DNA of 64,000 bases from Nitratifractor sp. (GCA_015488535.1 WFNP01000042.1:4210-68209); one strand, 5' to 3'. Shown: positions 1-12,746, numbered from the stretch's first letter. A program made the numbers and translations. Notes: generated from the sequence alone by a model not told the origin.

Positions 1-123
1 ATCTGGCTCATAATATGTGCGTGTAGCATCATAACTGTATGCTCTCATATGAGCTTTGTCGCTATATACATTATCCTCACCTACAATACTTTTAAGTGCT
101 TGAATATAATTTTTGTCTAACAT
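1..123 (-). CDS. FAD-linked oxidase, GlcD-like (first 41 codons only; gene runs off the left edge)
   Basis: The reverse complement of 1-123 translates to MLDKNYIQALKSIVGEDNVYSDKAHMRAYSYDATRTYYEPD, which looks like a GlcD/FAD-oxidase N-terminus. The ATG at 123-121 shares one base with the TAA stop of the upstream ORF (TAATG). A glcD-pgbA-csd3 order is remembered from H. pylori HP0509-HP0506. Confidence 0.5.
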   Translation of the reverse strand, partial: MLDKNYIQALKSIVGEDNVYSDKAHMRAYSYDATRTYYEPD

Positions 124-803
124 TATCTGATACTCTCCACTATTTTGTAATAATTTCCTCCACTGCCACCAAAAAGACCAGATTTGAATTTATTAAATCT
201 CATATAAAAAGGTGCTTTGCTCTCTGTACCTACAGGAGTAAATGGCATAGAGTTTATATATACCCCACTTACAGGGTCTAAAAGAACAGCTTTGTCTTTC
301 ATTACTATATATACCAATCCTACCTGTGCCTCTTTTGCAAATTTTTTAAGATTGCTCAAAGTAGGTCTGCTGTCTCCTTCTCTGCCTAAAAATGCCGCAT
401 AAATATCCGGATGTATCCAATGTCTTGATGCAGAAGATGTTACTTTACTGTATGTTTGGGCATTGGGAGCGATAAGCAAAACATTATTATAGAGATATCC
501 TCCGATTACTCTATCACCTACTGTCGCCACTATTTTGGGTCTTGGAAGCTTTTTATCTCCCAACAAATCATCTTTGAGAAGTTTTACACTGCCCATAGAT
601 GTCTGAATGGCAACAGAGCTGATAGCTGATATGCCTTTTCCAAAATTATGTATAACAACACCACTCATTCCATTTACAGGAAATGATTTACTAAGTGTCG
701 CACTACTACCTGATACTGCCGTAACAGTGCTATTGACTGTAGGAGGAAAAAATCCTCCAAACAGAGGAATTATAACCATAACAGCTATTAATAACTTTCT
801 CAT
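123..803 (-). CDS. Secreted or membrane-anchored protein, PgbA N-terminal-domain-like (plasminogen-binding protein family)
   Basis: 226-aa ORF with an N-terminal hydrophobic segment (MRKLLIAVMVIIPLFGGFF). The family call rests on resemblance and on its position between glcD and a Csd3-like peptidase, as in H. pylori. It was not verified by a search. Confidence 0.45.
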   Translation of the reverse strand: MRKLLIAVMVIIPLFGGFFPPTVNSTVTAVSGSSATLSKSFPVNGMSGVVIHNFGKGISAISSVAIQTSMGSVKLLKDDLLGDKKLPRPKIVATVGDRVIGGYLYNNVLLIAPNAQTYSKVTSSASRHWIHPDIYAAFLGREGDSRPTLSNLKKFAKEAQVGLVYIVMKDKAVLLDPVSGVYINSMPFTPVGTESKAPFYMRFNKFKSGLFGGSGGNYYKIVESIR

Positions 804-937
804 ATATCTATATCCTTTTATTTTTGCTTGTATTGAATAAAGCCGATTATACTTTTTAATCTTTAAAACTTTAATGAGTTATATGCTCTTTGGTTATAAT
901 TATATAATCTTAACAGACTATATGGGAGACAAAAATA

Positions 938-2248
938 TTGATAATAAATAATAATCTGCTAAAACTAATCTTGTTTATATATATTTTCTTCACAAATTTG
1001 GCGTTATCTGCTGTTGTCAAAGAGAATATCTGGCACAAAGGAGATACATTTTCTGAATATCTGGATAAGTATAATATAGGGCAGAGTCTATTAAGAGATA
1101 TCTCTCCTGAGGATTTCAAATATGTATCTGAAATTCAAACAGGAGAGAAGTTTTATGAGATGACAGAGGGAAACAGACTGATTCAGGCACTTATACCAAT
1201 TGGCGAAGAGATGCAGATACAGATAGTAAGAAACAAAAGTGGAAGATATGACTTTGATATCATACCTATTGTATATAAACATGTACAAGACCAGGTAAGA
1301 GTGGATATAAAAAACAGTTGCTATAATGATATTTATAAATTGACAAACAATCCCAGACTGGGTTTTATGCTCAAAACCATATATAAAGGCGTGATAGATT
1401 TTAGAAAACTTCAAAGAGGGGACAAAATAGCTTTTGTATATTCTCAAAAAAGCAGACTGGGCAAACCTTTTGGGCAACCTGTAATCAAAGGTGCCCTAAT
1501 TAAACACAGAGGCAAAAAGAGCTATTCATTTACAGACAAAGACGGCAATATATGGCACGATACCAAAAAGACGGTATTGGTCAAAAAAGCAAGATACAAA
1601 AATGTAATACACACTAAGACAAAGATTATAAAAAAAAGGAATAGATACCGTTTTATAATGCCTTTGAAACATCCCCGTATCACATCAACATTCAGTTATA
1701 AAAGATGGCATCCCATACTCCATAGATACAGACCGCATCTGGGTGTAGATTTCGGAGCAAAAAGAGGCACACCTCTGTATGCTGTAGCCAAAGGTAAAGT
1801 AATATATGCCGGCTGGATGAGAGGATATGGCAAAGTAGTAAAGATTAAACATACAGAAGGTTATGTATCTTTGTATGCACATATGAGCAGAATAAAAACA
1901 AGAGTTGGCAGATATGTAAGACAGGGGCAAATCATAGGAGCTGTAGGTAGCACAGGTAGAAGCACAGGACCACATCTGCATTTTGGTCTCTATCACAATT
2001 CACGAGCAATCAATCCATTGAGACTCCTAAATAAAAAAGGTAACTACATAAATGTAAAAGTTACCACAAAATATCAATCTTTGGAAAAATATACTGTAAC
2101 AAGCAGAAAAAAAGTATCTATAAGGGGAGCCGAAAAATTAAAAACAAAATTACTGAGATTGATAAAACTAAAAGAGCAGAAAGCCTTTAAGTGGGACGAG
2201 ATAGAAAACAATTTAATCCATATCAATAACAAGGTGGCAAAAAGATGA
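938..2248 (+). CDS. M23 (LytM) family metallopeptidase, Csd3/HdpA/Pgp3-like
   Basis: Carries the M23 motifs HLGVDFGAKRGTPLYAVAKGKV and GSTGRSTGPHLHFGLY. Has an N-terminal signal/TM segment and an apparent TTG start at 938 with GGGAGA upstream. Confidence 0.8.
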   Translation: MIINNNLLKLILFIYIFFTNLALSAVVKENIWHKGDTFSEYLDKYNIGQSLLRDISPEDFKYVSEIQTGEKFYEMTEGNRLIQALIPIGEEMQIQIVRNKSGRYDFDIIPIVYKHVQDQVRVDIKNSCYNDIYKLTNNPRLGFMLKTIYKGVIDFRKLQRGDKIAFVYSQKSRLGKPFGQPVIKGALIKHRGKKSYSFTDKDGNIWHDTKKTVLVKKARYKNVIHTKTKIIKKRNRYRFIMPLKHPRITSTFSYKRWHPILHRYRPHLGVDFGAKRGTPLYAVAKGKVIYAGWMRGYGKVVKIKHTEGYVSLYAHMSRIKTRVGRYVRQGQIIGAVGSTGRSTGPHLHFGLYHNSRAINPLRLLNKKGNYINVKVTTKYQSLEKYTVTSRKKVSIRGAEKLKTKLLRLIKLKEQKAFKWDEIENNLIHINNKVAKR

Positions 2249-2808
2249 AAATAGAAAACTTTAGAACCGAGCCTTTAAAAAATGGCAAATTTATAAAAAC
2301 TTCTCTTGCAAAATACAGAGCAAACGGCATAGAAAAGAGCTGGGAAGTGCTAAGCAGTGCAGACAGTGTGGCAATATTGATATACCATAAAGACAAGGAT
2401 GCTTTTATATTAGTCAGACAGTTCAGGGCTCCGGTATATATGCATAATGCAGATGGTATGACACTTGAGCTGTGTGCAGGTCTTGTAGATAAAAATCTCT
2501 CCATAGAAGAGATTGCATCTGAAGAGATAGAAGAGGAGTGCGGATACAGAGTGGAGAGTTCATCTCTTTATAAAATCAGCTCTTTTTACAGTGCAGTAGG
2601 TTTTGCAGGTAGCAGACAGACTCTCTTTTATGCAGAAGTAGATGAGAGTATGAGGATAGGAGCAGGTGGTGGAGTAGATGATGAGGATATTGAAGTAGTT
2701 GAAATTCCTGCCAAACAAATAAAAGATATCGTCTATGATGAAAATATTTCAAGAACACCTGGATTGATGTTTGCAATATTGTGGTGGCTGTATGAAAGAG
2801 ATGTATAG
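2245..2808 (+). CDS. NUDIX hydrolase (nucleoside diphosphate-sugar pyrophosphatase-like)
   Basis: Nudix-box-like stretch GLVDKNLSIEEIASEEIEEECGY. Overlaps the upstream stop by 4 nt. Confidence 0.7.
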   Translation: MKIENFRTEPLKNGKFIKTSLAKYRANGIEKSWEVLSSADSVAILIYHKDKDAFILVRQFRAPVYMHNADGMTLELCAGLVDKNLSIEEIASEEIEEECGYRVESSSLYKISSFYSAVGFAGSRQTLFYAEVDESMRIGAGGGVDDEDIEVVEIPAKQIKDIVYDENISRTPGLMFAILWWLYERDV

Positions 2809-2879
2809 ATTATGGTTTTCTTTATAGAAAGCCTCTTTCGATATAATCCCATAAAATTAATATTTATCAAGGATATAAT

Positions 2880-4214
2880 ATGAGTTGGAGTCCAAATAGT
2901 TGGAGAAATTTTCCAATCAAACAACAACCGGTTTATGAAGATCAAAAATTACTAAAAAGTGTAGAAGAGGAGCTAAGAAGCTATCCTCCGTTGATTTTTG
3001 CAGGTGAAGCAATAAATCTCAAAAATGATTTGGCAAAAGCAGGTAGAGGTGAAGCTTTTATAGTCCAGGGTGGAGACTGTGCTGAGAGTTTCAATGCTTT
3101 TAATGCTGATGTAATTAAAAATCTGTTTAAACTGATTTTGCAAATGTCAGTAGTAATGACATATTCAAGTGGTAAGCCAGTAATCAAAATAGGTAGAGTA
3201 GCAGGTCAATTTGCAAAGCCTCGCTCAAGTGATTTTGAAGAGAAAGATGGCGTAAAACTGCCAAGTTACAGAGGAGATATTATCAATGATATAGCTTTTA
3301 CTCCTGAAGCTCGAAAAGCAGACCCAAAAAGAATGTTAAAAGCTTATAATCAGTCAGCGGCCACAATGAATTTGCTTAGAGCATTTTCAAGAGGCGGTAT
3401 GGCTGATTTGACTCAAGTTCACAGATGGAATCTGGATTTTATAAAAAATCACCCTATCGGCAAAAAATATGAAGAGTTGAGTGACCAAATTGACAAAGCT
3501 ATGAAATTTTTGGCAGCTGCCGGAATCAACAGCACAACAGCACCACAACTCAGACAAACAGTAGTATATACATCTCATGAAGCACTGCTTCTAAATTATG
3601 AAGAGGCACTGACTAGAATAGATAGTATGAGTGGCGAGTGGTATGATACATCGGCTCATATGTTATGGATAGGTGATAGAACCAGAGAACTAGATGGTGC
3701 GCATATAGAGTTTTTTAGAGGTATCCAAAATCCGGTAGGGTGCAAAGTAGGACCTACAATGAAAAGTGATGAGATAGTAGAGCTTATTGAAGCACTTAAT
3801 CCAAATAATGAAGAGGGCAGACTCAATCTAATTGTGAGAATGGGTGCCGATAAAATAGGAGAATACTTCCCTCCTCTACTTAGAGCAGTCAAAGAAGCTG
3901 GTAAAAATGTAGTATGGACAATAGATCCTATGCATGGAAATGTTGAAAAGAGTGCTACAGGATTTAAGACCAGAGATTTTGATAATATCCTCTCTGAAGT
4001 AAAGCAATTCTTTGAGATACACAAAGCAGAAGGCACAGTAGCAGGTGGAATACATCTGGAGATGACTGGCGAAGATGTAACAGAATGTACAGGAAGCACA
4101 TCATGCCCAATTACAGTAGATGACTTAGGCAACAGATACCATACACAGTGTGACCCAAGACTGAATGCAAAACAGGCTCTTGAACTGGCATTTATGATAG
4201 GTAAGAAGTTTTAA
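2880..4214 (+). CDS. 3-deoxy-7-phosphoheptulonate (DAHP) synthase, class II
   Basis: 444 aa. The N-terminus [22 protein letters not shown] and overall length are typical of class II DAHP synthases, as in H. pylori and plants. Confidence 0.85.
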   Translation: MSWSPNSWRNFPIKQQPVYEDQKLLKSVEEELRSYPPLIFAGEAINLKNDLAKAGRGEAFIVQGGDCAESFNAFNADVIKNLFKLILQMSVVMTYSSGKPVIKIGRVAGQFAKPRSSDFEEKDGVKLPSYRGDIINDIAFTPEARKADPKRMLKAYNQSAATMNLLRAFSRGGMADLTQVHRWNLDFIKNHPIGKKYEELSDQIDKAMKFLAAAGINSTTAPQLRQTVVYTSHEALLLNYEEALTRIDSMSGEWYDTSAHMLWIGDRTRELDGAHIEFFRGIQNPVGCKVGPTMKSDEIVELIEALNPNNEEGRLNLIVRMGADKIGEYFPPLLRAVKEAGKNVVWTIDPMHGNVEKSATGFKTRDFDNILSEVKQFFEIHKAEGTVAGGIHLEMTGEDVTECTGSTSCPITVDDLGNRYHTQCDPRLNAKQALELAFMIGKKF

Positions 4215-4304
4215 ACCTGTTATCAGCTTTTCAAGATATAATCACACCCGATTTGTCTCTCTCTGCAAAAAAGGGAAAATCAGACATGAAAGGGGGTGAC
4301 TTGT

Positions 4305-4517
4305 ATGCCAGGAATCGTAGTATCTCCTAGAGATAGTTTTGAAGATGCTTACCGCAAATTCAAAAGACAGTGTGACAGAAACCTTATCGTAACAGAGGCT
4401 CGTGCAAGACAGCACTATGAAAAGCCTACTGAGAAGAGAAAGAAAGAAAAAATTGCTACACGCAAGAAAATCCTCAAGAAGCTGTATATGCTTCGAAGAT
4501 ATGAGTCTAGACTCTAA
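4305..4517 (+). CDS. rpsU: 30S ribosomal protein S21
   Basis: [50 protein letters not shown] place the start at ATG 4305, downstream of the AAGGGGG RBS, rather than at the GTG 4296 used by the ORF track. Confidence 0.9.
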   Translation: MPGIVVSPRDSFEDAYRKFKRQCDRNLIVTEARARQHYEKPTEKRKKEKIATRKKILKKLYMLRRYESRL

Positions 4518-4525
4518 TATCAAAA

Positions 4526-4552
4526 TTTACTTCCCATATTTTGGGGAGTAAA
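4526..4552. terminator. Hairpin between convergent rpsU and the AAA-ATPase gene (putative bidirectional terminator)
   Basis: TTTACTTCCC-atatttt-GGGGAGTAAA forms a 10-bp stem with one G-U pair. A/T runs flank both sides. Confidence 0.55.
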
Positions 4553-6079
4553 TCACCCTACCCTCTCCCACTCAAAACCACTTACATTTCTAATCTCTCT
4601 ATCAAACTCAATACCAACTAAATATATATCTTTGTTTTCACTCAGATACTTTTGATGATAATTTTTTTCTTTTATCTGAGTTAGAGCCCCACCACTTCCT
4701 ACTTTAAACTCAATGATATAAATTTTATTTTCTATAAACAGAGTCATATCTACTCTGCCCCTGTTTGAGGTATCTTCTGCTATTATTCTCACTCCCAAAG
4801 AGGCTAAATAGGCATATATTACACTGGCATAATACCCCTCAAATTCACCTATTTCGTTTTTGACATAATTGTTATATGGAATGGAAGCAAACAAAGACTC
4901 AAGAATATGTTTAAACTCTTCTAAATTACTGTCTCTTAGTGAATAAAAGAGTGAAGCTCTTTTTGGGTTATCTACTTTTTTGGTTAGATATTTGATAATG
5001 AGTTTATTCAAAGATATCTGCACCTCTTTATTTGGCACTCTTAATTTATAATTTGTGATTTTATCAAAATCTAAAAATTTACTCCCTATTGTAAAATATC
5101 CGGCTTGATATAGTAATACTTCAAGCTCTAAATCCTCTATATCAAAACTGTTGAGTATATCATCACTTACTATTAAATTTTCAAGCTCAGGGATATAATA
5201 AGAGCCTTTTTTTAACATTTCAATCAATGAGTAGCTTTGACCACTCTCCCACCAGTAGTTTTTGAACTCTTTGCTATCAAACAGCCTCAATATATCAAAT
5301 GGATTATAGATTTTATCTTTTAAAAAGTAGTAACCGTTATACCAATCTTTGACTTCATCTAAATCAAAATCTTTGCTATATTCAAAAAATTCCTCTTTGA
5401 TATTTTCGTGAGTATATCCGCATATATTTCCAAACTTTGGCATTAGTGAAATATCTACCAGATTATTTAATCCACTAAAGATACTGGCTTTGCTAAATTT
5501 GGAAATGCCGGTTAAAAAGGCAAATTTCAGATATCTGTCATTTGCTTTTAATTGTATATAAAGTCCTCTTAAAAAGTCTCTGTTTTCTTTGGCTCTGTAT
5601 ATATTGTCAAGATTATCGAGTATTGGCTTGTCATACTCATCTATAAGCACTACTACTTTTTGGTTATATTTTTCATAACACTCCTGTATTAACGAGGCAA
5701 AACATGATGAAGCATCTTCATCTATATCACAATCTATTTTTAATCTTTTTTGATTGTCTTTTAGTATTTTTTTTGCTACTTTTTGAGTGGATTCAAGGCT
5801 CTTGAAATTACCTGCCCAGTCAATTTTGATTACCGGATACTTTATACTCCAATCCCATTTATCATAGATATAGAGTCCTTCAAAGAGCTTCTTATTTCCT
5901 TCAAATATATTTTGAAGCGTATCAAGAAAGAGGCTCTTACCAAATCTACGGGGGCGGGAGAGGAATATATACTCATAATCATTAATTAATTCTAATGCCT
6001 CTTTGGTTTTGTCTATATATAGATAATTTTCTTCTCTAATCTTTTCAAATGTCTGTATGCCTATTGGTAATTTTTGCAT
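4553..6079 (-). CDS. AAA-ATPase-like protein with C-terminal PD-(D/E)xK nuclease domain (AAA-ATPase_like + PDDEXK_9 architecture)
   Basis: N-terminus MQKLPIGIQTFEKIREENYLYIDKT and Walker A RPRRFGKSLFLDTL. The C-terminus GRVDMTLFIENKIYIIEFKVG fits a D...E-x-K nuclease core. Rough hand counts show it is much more AT-rich than its neighbours. Confidence 0.75.
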   Translation of the reverse strand: MQKLPIGIQTFEKIREENYLYIDKTKEALELINDYEYIFLSRPRRFGKSLFLDTLQNIFEGNKKLFEGLYIYDKWDWSIKYPVIKIDWAGNFKSLESTQKVAKKILKDNQKRLKIDCDIDEDASSCFASLIQECYEKYNQKVVVLIDEYDKPILDNLDNIYRAKENRDFLRGLYIQLKANDRYLKFAFLTGISKFSKASIFSGLNNLVDISLMPKFGNICGYTHENIKEEFFEYSKDFDLDEVKDWYNGYYFLKDKIYNPFDILRLFDSKEFKNYWWESGQSYSLIEMLKKGSYYIPELENLIVSDDILNSFDIEDLELEVLLYQAGYFTIGSKFLDFDKITNYKLRVPNKEVQISLNKLIIKYLTKKVDNPKRASLFYSLRDSNLEEFKHILESLFASIPYNNYVKNEIGEFEGYYASVIYAYLASLGVRIIAEDTSNRGRVDMTLFIENKIYIIEFKVGSGGALTQIKEKNYHQKYLSENKDIYLVGIEFDREIRNVSGFEWERVG

Positions 6080-6108
6080 TATATTCTCCCTCCTTCAAGA
6101 TATATAAC

Positions 6109-6127
6109 TGACCTTCCACACATAAAA
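6109..6127 (-). repeat. Copy of the 19-nt motif TTTTTTGTG(T/C)GTAAGGTCA (17/19 match)
   Basis: The minus strand reads TTTTATGTGTGGAAGGTCA. It lies 29 nt upstream of the AAA-ATPase start codon, in the same orientation as the gene. Confidence 0.5.
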
Positions 6128-6358
6128 CGATATTAAACAATACTCTTTAGAAACTCTAAAGTTATATGCGTAACATAAGATATATTATATTATAACTGAA
6201 TATACAAAAGATGATTAAACAATATTCTGTAACTCTGATTAGAGCTTACAGGCAATCATAACATAACCCTTTTTTGGATATAATCCTACGATTTTAATAT
6301 TGGCTATTTCATACTAATGGGATAGTATATACATTTTATTTTGAAAAGGGGTATATAA

Positions 6359-7470
6359 ATGCTACTCTTTACACCAGGACCTACTCCTGTACCAGAATCT
6401 GTGAGAATGGCAATGTCCACACCTACAATACACCACCGCACACCGGAATTTGAAGCAATTTTTGCCAAGGCAAGAGAAGGACTGCTCAAGCTGATGCAAA
6501 CAGATGAGTGTGTAATGCTTGCAAGCACCGGCACAGGTGCCATGGAAGCGGCAGTTACAAATTTGGCAAAGAAAAAAGTACTCTTTGTCAATGCAGGAAA
6601 ATTTGGAGAGAGATTTGGCAAAATAGCCGATGCTTTCGGATATGAGACAGTAGAGTTGAAATATGCGTGGAATACTCCAGCAAGTGTAGAAGATATTGAA
6701 GAGGCTCTGAAAAATGAGCCGGATATTGATACTATATGTATCCAAATCAGCGAAAGTGCCGGAGGTTTGAGACATCCTGTCGAAGAGATAGCCAAAAGAG
6801 CCAAAGAGATAAACAGTGATATAGCTATTATAGCTGATGGAATTACAGCTGTAGGAGTAGAGCCTATAGATGTGAGCAATATAGATGCACTGATAGCCGG
6901 TAGCCAAAAAGCTCTGATGTTGCCTCCGGGTCTGGCAATGATAGGATTGAGTGAATATGCCGTAAACAGGATTGGAAAAGGTAGAAATTACTATTTTAAT
7001 TTGGCTTCAGAGATATCAAAGCAGAGAAAAAACACCACCGCATATACAGCAGCTACCACTCTTATTATAGGGCTAAATGCAATATTTGAAGAGATAGATA
7101 AGTGTGGCGGTATGGAAAAACTATACAGAGATACCGCTGCAAGAGCAAAAGCCAATATGGAAGCACTTGCTTCTATAGGGTTTGACCTCTATCCTCAAAC
7201 ACCTGCTCTGTCAATGAGTGCCGTATATGATGAAGAGGCTGACAGTATCAGAAAACTGCTCAAGAGCAAATACGGAGTCAATATTGCAGGTGGACAGGAC
7301 CACCTAAAAGGCAAACTCTTCAGAATCAATCAGATGGGACTGATTGAAGCTTACGAAGCTGCATGGGTAGTAAATGCCATCGAACTGGCACTTGATGATA
7401 TGGGGCGAAGAGAGTATAACGGTAATGCAAACAGGGTATTTAATGAAATATATTTCAAAGAGAGCAGTGT

Positions 7471-7474
<4 letters not shown>
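6359..7474 (+). CDS. Class V PLP-dependent aminotransferase (alanine-glyoxylate/serine-pyruvate/phosphoserine aminotransferase-like)
   Basis: MLLFTPGPTPVPESVRMAMSTPTIHHRTPEF is the typical N-terminus of AGXT-type class V aminotransferases. Confidence 0.75.
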
Positions 7475-9571
<2,097 letters not shown>

Positions 9572-9589
9572 ATTAAAAAGGGGGGAACA

Positions 9590-10141
9590 ATGAGACTCAA
9601 ACCGCAACAGACAGGCTATGTGGCGAGGAAGATAGGCATAGATTTGGCAAATGCTCCTTTTGTGACTTTTCTCAAAGATATGGATGCAGTAGTTGCCAAA
9701 GCCAAAGAGTTGATAGATGAAAATCTAAAACAGGAAAGAGAGTTAGATGCCAAAGTCAAAGAGATATTGGATGAAAATTATGATGATATAGAGTTTCAGC
9801 ATGCGGATGAGAGACAACTCTTCTTTATGATAAAAAAGCGACTCGCCCCCGAATATGGCGTAATTATGAATTATAATGACAGATATAATGATTTGTCCCA
9901 CACCATACTCGATGAACTGTATGAAAACTATCTGATAGATTATGATGTAAATGAAAATCAGGTCAAAAATGTCATATTCAAATCATTCAAAAGTTTTGCA
10001 AATGCCTATGATGAGATAGATGATATAGTCTATAATAAAATAAGAGGTATGCAAAAAGAGGTAATCCCCGGCACACAGGAGTATGAACTGCTCTATGAGA
10101 GGCTTTATGAAGATGAGCTCAAAAGAAGAGGAATGATATAA
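9590..10141 (+). CDS. Conserved hypothetical protein, DUF507-like
   Basis: 183 aa, acidic and helical. The N-terminus MRLKPQQTGYVARKIGIDLANAPFV resembles DUF507 proteins. An AAGGGGGG RBS is present. The family call is from memory. Confidence 0.45.
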   Translation: MRLKPQQTGYVARKIGIDLANAPFVTFLKDMDAVVAKAKELIDENLKQERELDAKVKEILDENYDDIEFQHADERQLFFMIKKRLAPEYGVIMNYNDRYNDLSHTILDELYENYLIDYDVNENQVKNVIFKSFKSFANAYDEIDDIVYNKIRGMQKEVIPGTQEYELLYERLYEDELKRRGMI

Positions 10142-10151
10142 AGGAGAGATT

Positions 10152-11279
10152 ATGAACAGAGTATCGATATATCTGGAAAACGGTGTATTCATAGAGGCAA
10201 AAAGCTTCGGTGCAGACGGCACTGCCGTAGGTGAGATAGTATTCAATACATCTATGACAGGATATCAGGAGATTGTGACAGACCCCAGTTATGCCGGTCA
10301 ATTCGTGACATTTACCATGCCTGAAATCGGTAATGTGGGATGTAATGAGCAGGATATGGAGAGCCGAGGAGCATTCTGCAAAGGAATAATTGTAAGAAAT
10401 TACCAAAAACGCCCCTCAAACTTCAGAAGTCAGGAGACATTGGACAGTCTGCTCAAACGATACGGAGTGATGGGTATATCTGATATTGATACCAGATTTC
10501 TCACCAAAACAATACGGACAGAAGGCTCAATGCAGATGATAGCCTCTACTGAAATACATGACAAAGATGAGCTTAGAGATATTTTGGCAAACTCTCCAAG
10601 AATCGAAGAGATAAATTACATCAAAGAGGTCAGCACAAGTGAGGCATATATCCATACAAACGGCAGATACAATGCAAAAATATTCAAATATGAAGAGCCA
10701 AAGTGTGATAAAAAAATTGTGGCATACGATTTTGGAGTAAAAAGAAATATTCTCAATGAATTGACTCATGCAGGAATTGAAGTAGAGGTTATTCCAAATG
10801 ATACACCTGCTGAGAGTGTGATAGCAAGATTTAACAATGGTGAAATAGATGGTGTATTTCTATCCAACGGTCCCGGAGATCCTCTAATTTTGGAAGATGA
10901 AAAGCTAAGAGTCCAGAAACTAATAGAAGAGAAAATCCCGATGTTTGGTATATGTCTGGGACATCAGATGCTCTCTATTGCACACGGATACGATACATAC
11001 AAACTCAAATTCGGACACCACGGAGGCAATCACCCCGTAAAAAACAGTGCAACAGGCAAAGTAGAAATCACAGCCCAAAACCACAACTATAATGTCCCTG
11101 ATACTATAGTCGAAATTGCCGAAGTGACACATACCAACCTGTTTGACGGCACAATAGAGGGTGTCAAATATAAAAATGAGCCTGTAATGTCTGTGCAACA
11201 CCACCCTGAAGCAAGTCCTGGACCTCATGAGAGTGCTTATATTTTCGGTGAATTTAAAAAGATGCTGGACAGAGATTGA
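10152..11279 (+). CDS. carA: Carbamoyl-phosphate synthase small (glutaminase) subunit
   Basis: GATase triad context PMFGICLGHQML and HHPEASPGPHE. Confidence 0.92.
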   Translation: MNRVSIYLENGVFIEAKSFGADGTAVGEIVFNTSMTGYQEIVTDPSYAGQFVTFTMPEIGNVGCNEQDMESRGAFCKGIIVRNYQKRPSNFRSQETLDSLLKRYGVMGISDIDTRFLTKTIRTEGSMQMIASTEIHDKDELRDILANSPRIEEINYIKEVSTSEAYIHTNGRYNAKIFKYEEPKCDKKIVAYDFGVKRNILNELTHAGIEVEVIPNDTPAESVIARFNNGEIDGVFLSNGPGDPLILEDEKLRVQKLIEEKIPMFGICLGHQMLSIAHGYDTYKLKFGHHGGNHPVKNSATGKVEITAQNHNYNVPDTIVEIAEVTHTNLFDGTIEGVKYKNEPVMSVQHHPEASPGPHESAYIFGEFKKMLDRD

Positions 11280-11608
11280 AAAAGAGCAGACTGTATCTGT
11301 ATGATATCACTCAAAATGCACTTGTCACCTACCCTGCATGGTATTTGGTAAGTGAGAAGTATAAAAAAGATGAATCTTTTATAGATACACTCAAAATATT
11401 ACATGAGAGCAAAACAGATGAATATCCTCATCCAAACAGTTATGATGAGTTGCTCTCTTGCTTCAAAAGCGGACAATACCTTATATTTAAAGACAACTAT
11501 CTGACAGCCATGATAGCTTCAAAAGTCTATTATCTTCAAAGTAACGGATGGAAAGCCCTACCTGTTACGGAAGATATTTTCGATTTGATGCATTGGAGAT
11601 TGGTATAA
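11276..11608 (+). CDS. Hypothetical protein (110 aa)
   Basis: Open frame between carA and ddl. The only plausible start is TTG 11276, which overlaps the carA stop (TTGA). No recognisable motif. Confidence 0.4.
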   Translation: MKKSRLYLYDITQNALVTYPAWYLVSEKYKKDESFIDTLKILHESKTDEYPHPNSYDELLSCFKSGQYLIFKDNYLTAMIASKVYYLQSNGWKALPVTEDIFDLMHWRLV

Positions 11609-11619
11609 AAAGGAGAAAT

Positions 11620-12669
11620 ATGAAAACAGCGATAATATTCGGCGGTTCAAGTTTCGAGCATGAAATAAGTATAGTAAGTGCCATTACACTAAAAAAAGTC
11701 TTGAGTGATGATGAGTTGATATTCATCTTCCTATCAGCTGAAAGGGAGTTTTATCTGATTGAAGCCAAGAATATGAAAGCCTCATACTTTAGCTCATCAG
11801 AGTATAAAAAAGCTAAAAAAGTATCTTTGCAAAATGCCAAATTTGTTATACCCTCATCCGGACTGTTTGCAAAAAGCCAAGATATTGATATAGATGTGGC
11901 TCTCAATCTGATACACGGCAGAGACGGAGAAGATGGCAAGATAGCATCACTGCTGGAGTTTTACTCTATCCCTTATATAGGTCCAAGAATAGATGCTTCG
12001 GTATTGAGCTACAGCAAAAGTCTTACCAAATGTTTTGCACAATCTGTAGGTGTAGAGACTCTGGATTACGAAATATTGCGAATAGATAACAAAAGAGAAG
12101 CTCCCTTTGAGTATCCCTTTATAGTCAAACCTTCACATCTAGGCAGCTCAATAGGAGTGAGTGTAGTCAAAAGTGATGAAGAGTTTGATTATGCTTTGGA
12201 TGTAGCTTTTGAGTTCGATGATGAAGTAATTATTGAACCATTCATTGAGGGTATCAAAGAGTTCAATATAGCAGGTTGCTATACAGGTGCGTGGGAGCTT
12301 TCTATAGTAGAAGAGCCTCAAAAAGATGAGATGCTTGACTTTGAAAAAAAATATTTGGACTTTTCCAGAGATGAAAGAGCCTCAGAAGCTGTAATTGACA
12401 ATAGTTTGAAACTCCAACTTGAGGATGCTTTCAAAAAGATATATAAACCGATGTTTGAAGGAGCAGTTATCAGATGTGATTTCTTCTATCACAATGACAA
12501 AATATATCTAAATGAAATCAACCCAATTCCAGGCTCTATGGCAAACTATCTCTTTGATGATTTTACTGCTATGATTAAACGATTGGCTCAAAATCTGCCA
12601 AAAGAGAGAGAGATAAAAATAGACTATAAATATATCAATGAGATAAGAAGTGCAAAAGGAAAAGCGTAA
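11620..12669 (+). CDS. ddl: D-alanine--D-alanine ligase
   Basis: MKTAIIFGGSSFEHEISIVSA, an ATP-grasp body and a C-terminal LNEINPIPGS. I place the start at ATG 11620, after an AAAGGAG RBS. Confidence 0.88.
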   Translation: MKTAIIFGGSSFEHEISIVSAITLKKVLSDDELIFIFLSAEREFYLIEAKNMKASYFSSSEYKKAKKVSLQNAKFVIPSSGLFAKSQDIDIDVALNLIHGRDGEDGKIASLLEFYSIPYIGPRIDASVLSYSKSLTKCFAQSVGVETLDYEILRIDNKREAPFEYPFIVKPSHLGSSIGVSVVKSDEEFDYALDVAFEFDDEVIIEPFIEGIKEFNIAGCYTGAWELSIVEEPQKDEMLDFEKKYLDFSRDERASEAVIDNSLKLQLEDAFKKIYKPMFEGAVIRCDFFYHNDKIYLNEINPIPGSMANYLFDDFTAMIKRLAQNLPKEREIKIDYKYINEIRSAKGKA

Positions 12670-12692
12670 ATATTTACATTAAAATTATATGT

Positions 12693-12736
12693 GAGGTGGG
12701 GATACCCCCTGTGCAGGAGTTAATCCTGCACCCCAT
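12693..12736 (+). repeat. GGAGG-hairpin intergenic repeat, copy A
   Basis: GAGGTGGGGataCCCCctgTGCAGGAgttaaTCCTGCAcccc. It contains a perfect 7-bp hairpin at 12712-12730 and shares blocks with the copies at 31101, 45962 and 53757. Confidence 0.6.
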
Positions 12737-12746
12737 GATATATGGA

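Noticed and set aside
1630-1637. Homopolymer and dinucleotide tracts might act as phase-variation switches. Examples are A8 in the M23 peptidase gene, G6 at the DUF507 RBS near 9576, and (TC)4.5 at 4256-4264 upstream of rpsU.
   Set aside because: The tracts are short compared with known contingency loci in Campylobacter and Helicobacter (usually G/C of 8 or more). They are A/T-type in an AT-rich genome or lie in housekeeping genes.
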